Shown here in pieces: positions 25,101-38,896 of a stretch of DNA of 64,000 nt (its first letter is position 1; every line of letters begins with the position of its first letter). Location of the stretch: positions 25,358,001 through 25,422,000 of the forward strand of contig OZ365114.1 of the NCBI GenBank assembly GCA_977030845.1, read 5' to 3'. The stretch comes from Fimbriosthenelais zetlandica. Taxonomy: Eukaryota. The position numbers were made by a program, and so were the translations under genes. Below the pieces are notes generated by a model. It was not told the DNA's origin, ran no database searches, and was given only the letters and a program-made list of their open reading frames with translations.

Positions 25101-28100
25101 TACCAGGCAGCCATTTAGGTGATAAATGGAGGCAGTGTTAACATGTGAGGGTGGCGCTAATCGATTGATGATTAGTAGAACAATAGGTGCACATGTGGAT
25201 AAATTACAAGCCTACATGTCCTGATAAATGATTGACAATGGTACATAACCACCCTATGAATAAGCAAATGAAATGCCGCACATGCTATGGGAGCACCCGG
25301 CGAAAAAATCAATCCAGAATAATACAACAATCGCTATGTTAATGATACTTGACTGCTATGTAAATACTGGCGCCCTGTTCATGGTTGTTTTAATGAATCA
25401 AGGATGAAATGGTTGTTAATCATTTCAGATCCCATTATTTATGATTCATACTCGAAGCTTTTTTAAAAAAATCAAACGTTGACACAACAACGAATCACAA
25501 TCATATACGTACAGAGGTACAATTTTTTTTAAGAGTTTGCCTCTGGTATTTCTCACCATATGGACTGAGGAATTATAACGAATGAAGTGGCAACACTATA
25601 TATTTTGTGGTAGGCTGAATAGATGAATTCGCCGTACAGAGGTGGCATATATATTATACACCAGCTCCTTCTGATGCTCATTTCACCTCGCTATGATTAT
25701 CCCGGCTGTCGAACCGTGTAACAACCCTGTCAACTACAAGGGAGTTAATCTTATCGACCCCCAGGGCCTGGAAATAAAGGATGAATCTATTTCAGGGCTG
25801 GGCATTAAGAAGATTATAAGAATGTGAGCGTTTGTTTAATGGGCAAACCTTATTGATAGTGGAGTTTCACAAATTGATGCCTGTAATCTTATTGATTACA
25901 TTATAGACTGAATTTATTTTTTAATTTATCTACAATGAAATACAAATACCTGATTTTATCTGGATCTTTATCCCTCCAAACAAGCCCATTTCAAGCCGAT
26001 CCTTGCTGACTGAAGTTGCGTATTAAAACCTGTCTCATATTGGAGATCGGTCCGCAAAAAGCTCATAAATGCACCTAAATATGATCGGACTAATAATGAT
26101 TCAGGGCCGGCAGAAAGCCTCAATTACCTCAAATTAGCCACTATAGTGGGCGGAAAATAACACATGAACACAGCTAATAAGGCTGTTTAAAATTACCTAG
26201 CTGGACTTCTACAGATACAATTAATCCCATCACCCAGAGGCCGATAGATGACATATACGATGAGACGATTTTAAAAGGACCAGGATGTGAATTAGATTGA
26301 TATGTGTGGTTCACACTTTCCCTTGCGGTTTCCTTTGTATATCTGTGGCTGTTTGTGTGGGCCTCGTCAGCTCTCTAAGACCACCAAGGCTTATTTTGTA
26401 CATAGAAAGCCACTTAGCGAGAAAAGGTTGTTTTCCCTTATATCCTCTCACTACCAACCAATTGCTTCACCTCCTCCAACCTTTTTGTCACCTGCCTTAA
26501 GTGGGCATAGAAGTCCAAAGGAGGAATGATGAAATTATCTGGCCTTATAAGTCATTGACCTTTAGAGGGAATTGATATCTGAAAACTCGGGATCTGGGAA
26601 TATCCAGAGCCCAGCCACCACTAAACTGATCATAGTGATGGTATACCACACATGTTTTTAGCTGAACTAATCCTGTTTAGTTCTTTCAGAGCTAATAGAT
26701 GACCCCTGTATATAATTTCAAGCCGTGGCCTCTGCTACCATTCCCTTCACATCAGACTCAGAGAGGGCTAACAGTGTGCTGGTGCCATGTATTATCTATC
26801 ACACCTTTTATAGGGTGAAAAGCTTTGGTGTGTTCTGATCACCATTGACCGGCGTGATCCATTAGGCTCCTATACAAGGCTGGTTCTTGTTTGAAATTGC
26901 ATTAGGCGATATCTAGGAGGGGTCCAACGGTATCTGTGCCAAACAAGGCCAGATTAAAAGTGAGGTGCTGTGTATGGCTGATCAGTGCACCAACACCCAG
27001 GCTATACACAGATGAATGTGAAACTGGTCATGAGAGAGAAGTAACAGGTCTGTGCACATGAAATTCCTTCATCAGGCAAAGCTGTTAACCACTGACTATT
27101 CCTGCATTCATTGCCCAGTCTATTGCGCCATGCACCCCTCCACATTCGTCCGAGTAATAACATTAAGTACATTTTCATGTTGCCAGATGCTCTATAGAGA
27201 CCATCTCCGCACATGTCCTGTCTTTCGTGAACTCTTTTATATTCGGCAAATTTCTGTGTTAAGAGTAGCACTTCCTATGTTCACATGTGAATCTTTGATG
27301 TGAGCACATGTTGGTGTAGAATATACCAGCTCTGTTGGACAGCAAGGAATAAACTAAATGAGTTGGGTCTATAGAGTGTAAGGTGGTGAACCAGAGGGCC
27401 TCGGGATCATGCTGTTTTATTGAGCCCGAGCCTGTTTTCCCCTGGAGTTTGTTTATGTGTGAAGACCTGTAAAAACCCGGCCCCGGCAATGTTATACATG
27501 TACCGGCGGGTATAATGTCGTGCACATCCCATGTGTTCTCCGCTAGGCGACAATAAAAACCCGGCAGTTGTGTGGTCCATTGATGCTCAACCGTTTGAGC
27601 TTTTCAAGTCTCAGTTGAACAAAACAAATTTCCATCCTGAAGCTTCTAAATTATTGCGGTCTGTCGGAAGATGTAATTTGTTGCCTACACGATGTTCTGC
27701 GGTTTGATTTAATGGCATGTACGCCATGAAAACCTGATTAGAATAGATGGGAATAATTAGTAGCAGGATCGAGAGGCAGAGCTCGCGCTAATTTGCACCA
27801 CTCCAGGGGAATGATATATTCCTGTGTCCTAATGATTTATTCTATTTTTCAACTCTAATTTACGAATCCCATACCACACTAGATATGTCATTCCGACGTA
27901 AGTAAATTTACTCCTTTCTGCTGAATTGACATGGTGAATTTCTATAATATAAGAGGCGTAGTAGAGCGAATAAAATATTAGATGAAGGAGCTACATATCA
28001 TGGAGTCTGGCCATTGTGCCTCAAGACGACCATCATCTATTGTGGAGGTCCACTCTCGAGGCATTGGTCATGTGCCTCAGGTCAGTGGGTGCCGGCATCA

Positions 28101-28214
28101 CGTGACCTCGATGCTGGCCTATCAGCTTGAGTTATTGCCGCCACATTTCACTATATAACGTAGCTGTGGGATCCTGGCAAGAACCTTCAGTCAAGCTCTG
28201 TACAATTGGTCAAA

Positions 28215-28471
28215 CGTGTGGAAGGTCGCCGGTTCAAACCGAAAACTAAAAAGTGGTACTAGTGGCTCCCTCGCTTGGCATTCAGCAATAAAAGGACAGT
28301 GCTGGGGCTGGTCGACCTGGTGTCATTATAATGTGACTGGGTGATTTATTAAGTTATGTGTGTCTGTGACATGATACCACAGTGAGGCATCGCTATAAAA
28401 GAGCATAGGGCTCACTGTCACAATTAGGCATCGTCATGATATAGATATGTTGAAAGTTACGTTAAACAAAC
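28215..28471 (+). mobile_element. Degenerate tRNA-derived SINE with Meta/MESC-like core
   Basis: A B-box-like GGTTCAAACC (28231-28240) is followed by AAAAGTGGTACTAGTGGCTCCCTCGCTTGGCATTCAGCAATAAAAGG. The body contains ATAATGTGACTGGGTG and CAGTGAGGCATCGCTATAAAA, and the tail is TGTTGAAAGTTACGTTAAAC. This layout matches Meta-core SINEs of molluscs and related animals as recalled; it was not database-checked. Confidence 0.7.
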
Positions 28472-31400
28472 CTGGAATTGCCTCTAGGTTATAAATGAAT
28501 CTATGATAATGTGTGTCACAATCTTCTTGCTCCTTCACCACTGCACCAGCTTCTGCATTATCTTGAACACCGAATTCTTAATTCCTAACGTGTTCATCAT
28601 GCCAAGACGCAATTGTAGGCATAATTGCTGTTCTTTCTTCCAATGGAATGAACCATCCCTTTTGAGACGTGTTTACATTTTGAGCACTAGAGATGTTCAG
28701 CTGTTATTTATTGCATTTTTGCTATCTCATTGTGGAATAGTTTCATTCAGCGTGAAGTATAATGGCCCACCCATTGTCTCCATTGTTATGGCGGAACAAT
28801 GAAGCTTTCAGTGTTCTCACATACTATTGCTTGATTGCAAATTTGTTCTCTTCCTTCTTTTTGTGGCTGTTTTAACTCAGCTTAAGCAGTGATGTAGGAA
28901 GAGGGATATACCCTGACATTATATATGACACATTTGGCCATTATCATGTTATTTTGTTTCTCCTGAACTTGAACCTTTTTCTCGGTCTTTCATCAGCTAG
29001 GTTGGAAACTGTACCGAAATCCTTCTCATAATTCCAGCTTTTACTGTCTCATTCCCTCATCCCAGCCATGGTCAGACCCTGCCTTTCTCCGTGCACAGTG
29101 ATACCAGCTTCCCGTCTTGTTTCCCACTTTAATTGTTTGCGTGACTGTGCCCATGCGCAGACTGTGTCGGAGGTATTTCCTGTTTGTTGGTGATCCCCAC
29201 TCGTCCCGCAACATGCCAGCCATTCACCTCAGTAATGTACCTCTTAATGGCTTCCCTCTGAAGCCACTTCACAAGGCAATGCTTTAGCCAAGCTGTTTCA
29301 TTGCAAAGAAGTGAATGCTGAGATTCAACTTGTTTGAATGCATTTTACTGTTCGACAGAGCGGAGGCTTGATAGTCAATGCAGCCCACCATTGAGCTTTA
29401 ATTTGGAATTTCCCTTAGAGAATTGTATGAAATACATTAATTCATCTGTGAGTGGTTCAAGTAAGCTGGTGCCATAGCTGCAGCTTTTAGACTTCAATGT
29501 GAGTTGTTCCTCATAACATGTAGTTTTCTTTATTAAGCATAACCGCTGACATATTTACCTGCTTTAGTTTCAGCTATATGACACGAGAAGCTGAAATTGG
29601 AGCTTGGAAATGGAAAAATCTGTCAAGTTAGATGAGTCACATGGTCTGAGATTTCACAGGCTCAACAGGCACATGATTCATCTTGTACAGTCATCTCCAA
29701 TTACTATTGGTTCCGCAGAAAGTGCGAGCGTCTCAGCAGCTCCTGGCCCACTTGGCAATCCGAAATAGTTGGTTCTGAGAGGATCTAATGGTTCTCCCTC
29801 TAAATTTTCATCTGCCTTCTTAAGCATCTGGTGCTACTCTGCTTTATAAAGTGCAACCCCACTACCGTTATAATGTAATGCTTTCAGACATGTCAAATCC
29901 CACTTCTCCACTTCTCTGTCTCGAAGCATGTTCAACAAGCTCTGTCTTCATGGACAGAATCCCCAAGGACCCATTGCTGTCTTTAGCCGAGCATAACGGG
30001 GTGCGTGAATTCACTCTTAAAGACCCAGTCCCTCGTCAAATGCTCTAATACCTCTATCTGGGAACCCCGGCACCTGTAGACGATGCTGATCCCGACCATG
30101 GGAACCATGGAGGCTGGTCACCCACCATGTGTTGATAGTGGAATTCAATGCACACTGCTATATTATTAAATGAAACGACAGGATGGTGGATTGTGTGTAC
30201 TGTCGGGTTTCATTTTACATGATGGGCCTCGACCCCGTCGTGCTACCACAATTAAAAGCGACAGATATAAAGCCCTGCTTTAGGCTGCGGTTCAATATTA
30301 TTCGTCCAGACAGCGGAAAAAATGATATGATTTTTTCTCCCAAGGTATACTTACTAGAGATGGATATATATGACTTATGGATAAAAGAAAGAGAATGTGT
30401 AGTTATAGCTTAGGGAGCTGTAGTAGATAGAGTTCCCTTCTGGAGCCTACTGGGAGGTTATAAAGTGTTATAGCTTTGACAAGCCAGCAGCAATTGCTGT
30501 CTGCTCAAGGTGCGTGATTCTTGACATGGTCGAGCAGTCGCTGGATTGCATATCTCTCCTCTGCATAAACAGCTTTCTATATTCAATCCATAAGACATCC
30601 TTGACGTGTAGGATGGGATGATGGATGGACCGCCAATCCAGCAAACACTTGGTGCGAGGTACAACAGGAAGAAATACACAGTTCCTCCTTCTCCCTCCAT
30701 GCAAGCTCCTCTTCCCCATAGCCAAACAATGTATGAGTGGTATAGGGAAATGGGGTGGCTGAACGCCTGCAACCCAATACATCCGCTCCCTTTATACTGC
30801 TTCTTCACTCCCGCCTTGAGAAATGTCAGAGGTTTAACTCGCAATAAAATTGATCTTGGTCATTCTCCTCACTCTCTTTCAGATGGATGAACAAGTTGAA
30901 ACTCCATCTTTATGACTTCTCCATGGAGTTAAATTTTCAACCAGGACATTTCCATTTGTTGAACTTTAGAACTGAATGAATTATTTAAAAGGTCAGCTTT
31001 AGAGCAATTAGAATGACATTGAAATAAACCTTGGTATATATCATGCAAATATGTTTCACTATCTATCCATCGCACACTAAGTGTCTGACTGTGAAGAGCA
31101 TCGGCCTCTGTTACATTCAATCTAACATCTATTCCCACTCACAGTGGCGTGCTGTCCTTGACTTGATGCCAGTTGATTAGGATAATTGGTGCTTAATTGG
31201 ATAAAGTCTCTCTGAGGATCCCTACACGATGCTAACACCCTCTTGTTATGAATCGTGTATACACCCACCTGATGTCTGTTGTTTTAATACACCCACATTC
31301 ATCTCTCTTCATATTTCCCTTTCTCTGAAGCTTTGGTTTATTTAATACCAGCTGTTTGAGCATTTCTATTTCTACTTACATTCTGTGAAGTTTTATGTAA

Positions 31401-34400
31401 GTGAAGTAGCTTTTGACCTTGCTTTGACCTGAGGGATATATCCCCACTGGCCAGCCCTGTATACGCAATGATTCAGGGCCACCAGAAGACGTAGTTTGAT
31501 TGGTTTGCTTGGCTCAAGTCACAACTTTAAGAGATGGGGCCCAGTATTCATCAATGCGATTAAATGAGCCAGCACACCAGATTGCCCATCGAAATCAATA
31601 CTTTCCATTATCCACCTCCTATTTCTCACGGGCGCGAATCGCCTGGTTTTCAAATATCTGCCGTGATTGGTGCCAGGTTTTACTGGCCTGACAATAGCCA
31701 ACCTGAAGGGAAGTGGTTTTCTTTAGGGAAACCCCTCGCCAAGTGTGATCATTTCAGGCTGTGCTCCCCAACTGTCATCTAATCGGACCCTCTCAGTGGC
31801 TAGCTTAAATAAGACACATTATTTGGGAGGGATGATGTAGAGGATTCATTAAGGTCGACATTGTGAGAATCTCTTATTTGTCACTGAATGAGAGGTCTCT
31901 GTTAGAGGTTCTTAAAGCAGTGGTAAAATAACTCTATAGTGGCAGTGCCCACCATTTCTATTTTCTGCAATTTTCTCCAACCACGTTACAACCGGTCCAA
32001 TTATCTAGGAATCGCTTAGTAACCGCAATGACCGCAGACAATCTGTGTTCTTTAAATAGATCTACTTTCTCCTGAAGGAAAAACGAGGTCCTGGGAACCA
32101 CATAATAATTTCATTCAGTGGGATCCCTCTAATTTGAATGAAATTAGTTTACCTGTCCCATTAGTGGGATGTAGTTTTATACCCTTCCTATTTTAGATTT
32201 GTGTTTTGAATTACTGCAGAGTTGCATTGGATGAAATGATAGGAACTCGAGGAGAGTTAGATCATTTCAAATCAAGATCACTGCTCTGTCCCTGAGAACA
32301 ATATTAAAGTAACCTTATACCTTTAAATGTGAATACTTTAGTTTGGCTGAGTATATTTTTTATAACTCTGAGTATGAATAAGGACGTATGAGCAGTAGAT
32401 TGGTCATTTGAGGGTCATTTAACACATCTCATGACCAGGACATTGTTTTTTGCCCATCCTACAATGGAACCTCCAAAAACCTCCTAGTAAAACACGCCAT
32501 CTTGATTGTCGCACGCCTTTTTACTCACCACCATCTGGAAATCAGATTTTAATGCTTCACAAAAGCAGGACTTCCCAGGGGCAATGTAATCGGTGGCCAT
32601 GCAGCCTCTCATAGCTTTTGGCAGTGAGTAGGCAAGATTTCCCGGGGAATCAACGTTGCAGGATGGCAATGAAATGCATGGGAGAAGAGGAAACTTTACT
32701 TCAAAGATTTCACTGCCGATCTATTTACTTACGAGATGGTCTTTTGCTCAAAGCTACAAAATTAATCCCCTCTGAAATTCAGCCTCCCTAACAATGTTGG
32801 CGCTCAGGTTCCAAGGTATATCCATTTACAAGGGGATGAGTAAACAAAGTCTCAGGCGACTAATTGCGAGAAGTTCATGAATGTGCTGAGAGAAAGCAGG
32901 TATTTATGAAGCAAATTCTAAAGTAGGCCTTATCAACACTGACCAAGATATCCCCGGGGAATGGAGGGGAAAATTCCCAATGAGCAGTGAGCTGTCAGGA
33001 GGTCTGTCATGGAAAAAACATGGCACGTTAAAAACGTGATTAAGATCTCCATAGAAAGCCGGAGCTGGAGCCCCCAGTCACTCACTGATGCAATATGAGG
33101 AGACGTGAACATTTCACCAAAAACATTCCCCAGTTTTGATGCATTGGATAGCTTAATGCTGGCAATTAAACCGACCCCGCAATGTTCCATTAGTCCAGAA
33201 CCTACCTCCATGTATGCAAGCTTCTCCTTTTACCACTAAAAGAGTGTGAATGTAAATGCCACGGAATTCTTATCACATGTAAATGTATTCTCAAATGCCG
33301 TCTCAACACTATTTGATAGTTCTGGACATCATTTTCCCTACTGTTTCTAACAGCAACCGCCCTGCCCTGTTCGGATTCCATTGCCCTGGTCCCATTATTG
33401 GGAGATTTTGATTTAAGATCACGAAGATCCTTGCTGAAATCCGAGCCCACTATATGTGTCACTCATTGTTCAGCCACATAATATAACCACCATAGCTCCA
33501 CATGTCCATAGAATAATAAGAGATTTGCATCTCAAGTGACTTTACTGGGTGTGGACATCTAAGTCCTGTGTTGTTCTCAGACAGCGGCGTTCTGCCTGAG
33601 ACGCCATCAGGCAAGACTATACCTCGTCATTATGAATAGTGAGCTATGGTTCCCCTATACCTCTATCCATCCCACAGGTATTACATCATCCTAATACTTG
33701 CTTGGTTTGTGTCAAGCCAGATACCAGGCTTCTGTGCCCCAAGGCAGGCAGGTTCCCTATTGGTGGCTGGTGAGACGCATTGTTAACGTTAAGGAGGAGG
33801 TCATTATTATAAGTGATGGAGGAGATTAGAACAGTTATTCACATCCCGATCATTGTAGGATTAGGGCCTCAGATATAAGGCGCGATGCTATAGTGACAGC
33901 TTTGCGAGGTGGGTTCTATCCCCGTGCTGAAAGCATGTAAGAAATGCCGTAATAAAATTCCATTCACTGAGCCCCAACCAAGCTTTTTAGTCATTATTAA
34001 TTTTAGCCAAGGGGTTTTCCTTTAAATTCTTCCTTGAAAAGACTAAAAAGTGTTGGTTCATAATAAAAGATGTACACTCATTGTTGAGTGAGCATATAAA
34101 CTGCGCATTTCTCAATCGCTCAATACATCATACACTCTTGTAACAAAAGCACCAAAATTGTTGCATCTTAATCTTTTGGCAATTTTCAGACTGCCGATGT
34201 CTGAGATTGCACTCCGTATGAGGAATAAGACATGACACCGACCTCCAGTCTCCAGGGTGCCATCTGTTAGGTTCACCATGACAATAGCCGTGCCATTCTT
34301 CCACCACTGGATGACCTCAGCTTTGTGCTATACAGCTGATTGTCCCCCCATCGTGACCACATGTGGACAGTGGTCACTGTGTGCTTGGTCCTGCCTCTCA

Positions 34401-36359
34401 CAGCAAGCCATGTCAATGGTACCCTCTGCTGATCATTTTCGTATCAGCAGAATGCCTTTAAAAACCACCATCATCCATTATACTCCTGCCCTATACCATC
34501 CACCAAATGCCGACCAGAAAAAAGCCTGGAGTTTCTTCTCCGGGAAGCCCGCATGCATTTCATTAATGCATTTATCAGCACCACAAGGTCGTTGGCATTC
34601 ATTTAAGCATGAATCTCAAAAAGCTAACTAAACTCAGAGGGCTGAGTGATTTGCCTCAGGGTAAGATATCTCAACGGCACTCCGTTTAATGACCACGCAC
34701 TCGTTTGTTAAAACATGGGAATTTTATGCCGTGGTTGATAAGATGACGTTTTCTTTATAAGATGGAAATTTCATTTAGATATGAATGACGAGTGTCAGAT
34801 AATCGTGAATAATACAATATGTAATCTAAATGAATCCATTGTGCGAATGCAGCAAGTGTCATAATCGCTTCAATTCGATTTCCTCTTATGTACATATTGC
34901 TTCGCCCCCGCTCCATAAGCTCATTGACCTATATATTGTACAGGACCTTCTCAGCAGCTACATGCAAGGTTGTCTTTAAGGCTCTAGCTATTTTCACATG
35001 TCAATTTAGCCTCCAAGTCCTTAGCACCTTTCACTCCAAAAAGCTTTTAGATAGAATTTCCTACCCATTGTGTTCACGTTGCCTCTCTCAGACAATTCAC
35101 TTTGCGTCCGCTTTGTGGTCTGAATATTGCTCTGGCTATTTGCTCGGGGCGATCATATGGCGTTGGCACCATGTGTAAATCTGCGTTAGTTCTCTGCCAA
35201 CACTGAACTCCATCACCCATGTACTCAAATCCCACTTGAGGTTCAGGTGTGTTCTTCAAATGACTATACCTCCTCATGCCATGACCATCCACTGATACCA
35301 TATATATACCCCGAGTCTCTCGCCCCACTTGAGCGACTTGCTCTTGCTCCGAATTGCTCTTGAGTAGGTTGATGGAGCTGGTACTAATGAGGTAAAGGTA
35401 TAGGGCTGGATGGACGGCTCATTCCAAACTACTGTCTGCTCCTTCTTACTGTGCTCGATGCATTAAGAAAAACAAACCTGGTTAGTGTCAAGAGTAGAGT
35501 AGAGGGATGTACCAGACATGGCCTCTAATCAGCTGTATCAAAGACCCACCATTCATCTACCTCACCGACAACCAATGGTAAATATCTCTCCAATAGATTT
35601 ACCCCAAAGTTCCTCTCAAATCCCTCAATCGTGGATATTGATTTTAAACAGTGTGGATGTATATTGGAATGAATATTTAACTGGGGTGTTGTCTTGGGAT
35701 TAGGATTAGGACAGCGCGTGCTTCCTTGTTCTCCCACTTTTTGCCCTCATCACCCGATCCTTTATCCAGTGTCGGGTGATGATATTGGCTTTGCAACTTT
35801 AATGTGAACTGGGGTGTGTGCCCCATTCCCTGAAATGAGAAGGTAGTCAATCATGATGCCAGGCTTTAATGCACCTCTAGTGGGTCTGTATTTGTTTCGG
35901 TCACCGCATTAGTTGTGAAATTTTACACAAAGTAAAAGTATGGATATTTCTCTCTACAACCCATTTAGGCCAGCAGCAGTAAGGCCACATCGCAGTGAGT
36001 AGTATAGAAAAATAGGGGCCTGCTTCCAATTTCATCCATATATGGATTTTTAGATGGCACCTTCGAATTAAGTCTAGGAATGCGAGGCTAGAAAACTGTT
36101 AGATATTATCTTCTCAGCGCTTGCTGTATTGATTTAGTGAGTGAAAAACATGGACACTTTATTCCCTTCCACACAGTTTATCAATGTCTGTGGATGCCCC
36201 CGGATCTTCCATTATAACGTAGGGATTGAGGTTGCCTTTGTCTCCTATTTTTATCTCCGCATTCAGTGGAATACTGATGTCCATGATCGATATGAGTACC
36301 TGTTTGAATTAAGACCACTCTCATGAAATGATGAATTACAAATTTTGTCAATATTATTG

Positions 36360-36397
36360 TTGATCTCATAATTTTTTCATTTCCTTTTTAGGTAAGT
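36360..36397 (+). other. Recursive splice site RS1 (branch point, Py tract, TAG|GTAAGT)
   Basis: TTGAT (36360-36364) and CTCAT are branch-like; ATTTTTTCATTTCCTTTTTAG (AG 36390-36391) is directly followed by GTAAGT (36392-36397). Confidence 0.8.
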
Positions 36398-36445
36398 ACA
36401 ATTCGAACGATCGATTCCTGAATGAAATGAGTAATTTCGGAGTTG
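36392..36445 (+). other. Cryptic RS-exon 1 (54 nt) closed by TTG|GTAAGA at 36446-36451
   Basis: A good donor lies 54 nt after the RS1 acceptor; a weaker alternative TGA|GTAATT is at 36431. Joined to exon 1 the exon reads AAG TAA, so it would be a poison exon. Confidence 0.6.
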
Positions 36446-36571
36446 GTAAGAGCAAAGTAACTTTACTTTACTATATAATTTGAGTATGTTTTTGCACTAG
36501 ACTAGTAGGAAATAGTACCTCGTGGCATATAAGTAATTGTAGTCAATGTCCTGGAATATGTGTGCACTTCC

Positions 36572-36611
36572 TGCATGGATGGTAAATGCGTCATTGCATG
36601 GATGGTAAATG
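36572..36611 (+). repeat. Direct duplication of a 17-mer, TGCATGGATGGTAAATG (period 23), each copy carrying TGCATG
   Basis: Exact copies at 36572-36588 and 36595-36611. Confidence 0.9.
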
Positions 36612-38876
36612 TTTCCTACGAAGTCATTTTATGCTATATTAATGCGACTGCCGAAGCTAGAATAATAGGTTGAAAATGTGTTGCACATCTGAATGCTGGT
36701 AATAGTTGACTTGGGGGAACATGCCGTGATAAGTGGTTGGTGAGAATTAAATGCACATTTCATTAAATGTATTGAAATTACTCCATACAGAGATCTCTGA
36801 TCTTGCCATTTACCGGAATGCCGGTCTGGCGTTGTCAAAATGGCCCATTTATTATTTCCCGTTGATTGAATTCTCAAGACTTTGCCGCATTTAGCACAGT
36901 ATCTCGTAATGGCCAGATGTTGAACCTGTTCATTTCGAAAGCAACAATTCATACTTCCCCCATCTATTTCTGACAGCTCGGTAATGGTTCACCCAGCAAT
37001 GACAATGAATGCCTGAATGAAAACCCCGATGAAATCATTTATAACAATCAGTCCACCGAAATGTGGACATTTCATTAGGTGCTGGCGGGGGGAGATAATT
37101 TGATTTCTGATATATAATTAAGAGTACCACCCACCGCTGGTCGTCTAGGCGTGTAGATATGCCCTTTTAGACCAGATTACATTATCCGCTCCTGCAGTTA
37201 GAAATAATGGCCACATAGTTTATTCATTGCACTGTCTCATTGTTTCCTACTGCTCATTCGTCGCCACTATTTCGTGCCTCCGCTGACTACGTGGCAGTAG
37301 CTATTGCTTTAACCATATCTATTGCTATCTGCTAATACCTCCGGCCCGCCCTGCCACCAGAAATAGTTCACATGCCTGTTGACCAAAGATAAAGCCATGT
37401 AATCATTTAATTTTCCCTCCAACAGCCAGCCAGTTATTTACGACCACAATTTTGGCGATAGAGTTGTATTGTTGCATATTATATCGATCGTGGTAGATAA
37501 CATTCCCATAGGTAGTAATCCATGCCTATATTATTATTTTATAAGGTGGTGGCTTCACATTAAATGTCAATTGCACGACAGTGGCTTTGCACTTGCCATC
37601 AGGATGGGTCTATGAAATCAGAAAGTAATAAAAGGGGACAATTCATTTTTTATAAAGCCCTATATGATACTAGTGTTCCCCTTTTAAGAACTATTATTAG
37701 GGTGGATCGCATTCTCTGGTGTTTGCCACAACTCATCATGAAGACACTTTAAACACCGAGCGATCTCCCATCACGCACACACAAAACTAAGACTTAAATG
37801 TCTATGCCACGTCCTAATTACCCATAATTTAAGGACATTAAATACTTTTTGATGCTCCTTGATGTGCTATTTGTTGTCTACCGGCATCGCATGTGGTATC
37901 ATGGTAGGTCCCTCAATGGGTTCACTATCTAACTCATGAATACACAGTATAGCTGTCTACATCTATATTTGTCATCTCTTTATCTATTGTATGTGGGCTA
38001 GCTATCAAGGAAACTATTGAGGGAACAGTGCATTGCTGATTGCTGCTATGCCGAAACTCTCTTCTAAGATCAACATGTCATGCACTTCATGTAATATTTA
38101 ATGAAAAACACTTCCTCAATGGCTGCTCTTTGGAAAGCTCCTAATTTCCCCGTCTGTATAAGCCGATTATGACCAGTCCATGTCCTCATTTTATCATCCA
38201 ATCGATTAGTAGTCGATTTATTTACAGCTATATCGATCCATGTACAAGTTTGCATTATAATTATATATTTATGGCTTTGTTTAAGCCCCGTGGGTTATGT
38301 GACCAATAGACCTTGTCCTTGATGGTTTATTTATATACAGCTATGTGGAGGTTCATTAGGGTGGGGGGACATGGGTATAATGAGCAGAGCAGCTTGTCGG
38401 CCTAATTAAGTAGTTTCCCGGCTATCAGACTATGTCACAGGCAGACCTTTGCATCATTGATGCTGTCTTTGCTATAGTGGGCCCGGGACTGGTTTTCTGA
38501 TTACTTGGGCAGGTGCAAAACTTGAAATAACCACATCGATTTGTACAGTCGGACGCTCTTATCTAATTGACCTCGCCTGAGCTTCTCGCTTTGAAGGCAC
38601 AGAGAGGAAGAGTTGCTCATGGGCTGCTCATCAGCCTGAGCTACGAGCGTGTACAGATAAATATACCCACCATTCCTCCTCTACCCCAGCCTTGCCTTCA
38701 AAGATCTGCTGGGCGTGGCATGCACTGCAAGTTGCTTTGAGAATATTAAGGAACGTATTTGTATCCTTTTTGATTTCAACAGTACAATAAAACCACACCC
38801 CTTCTTGAGTGTTGACCTTAAGATATTAAACTCACTATGTCCATGGGTTTGTGCTTTCGGTACAGCAGAAATAACT

Positions 38877-38896
38877 CCCCCCCCCCCCCCCCCCCC
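38877..38896. repeat. Poly-C homopolymer (C20)
   Basis: Read directly from the sequence. Confidence 0.95.

Noticed and set aside
29129-29554. 142-codon minus frame with two internal stops
   Set aside because: Several such windows are expected by chance over six frames of 64 kb, and no motif was recognised.
33650-33683. CCCACAG|GTATTA and similar AG|GT junctions (5712, 40445, 48973)
   Set aside because: The regenerated donors are poor (GTATTA, GTCCAG, GTGTAG, GTGTGA) and at background level.
35747-35782. 11-bp perfect hairpin TCATCACCCGA…TCGGGTGATGA
   Set aside because: It is isolated, lacks a Helitron CTRR end, and is too short for a pre-miRNA.
38761-38769. GTATCCTTT, the U12-type 5' splice consensus
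   Set aside because: No upstream exon or nearby U12 branch site was found, and roughly one such 9-mer is expected by chance.
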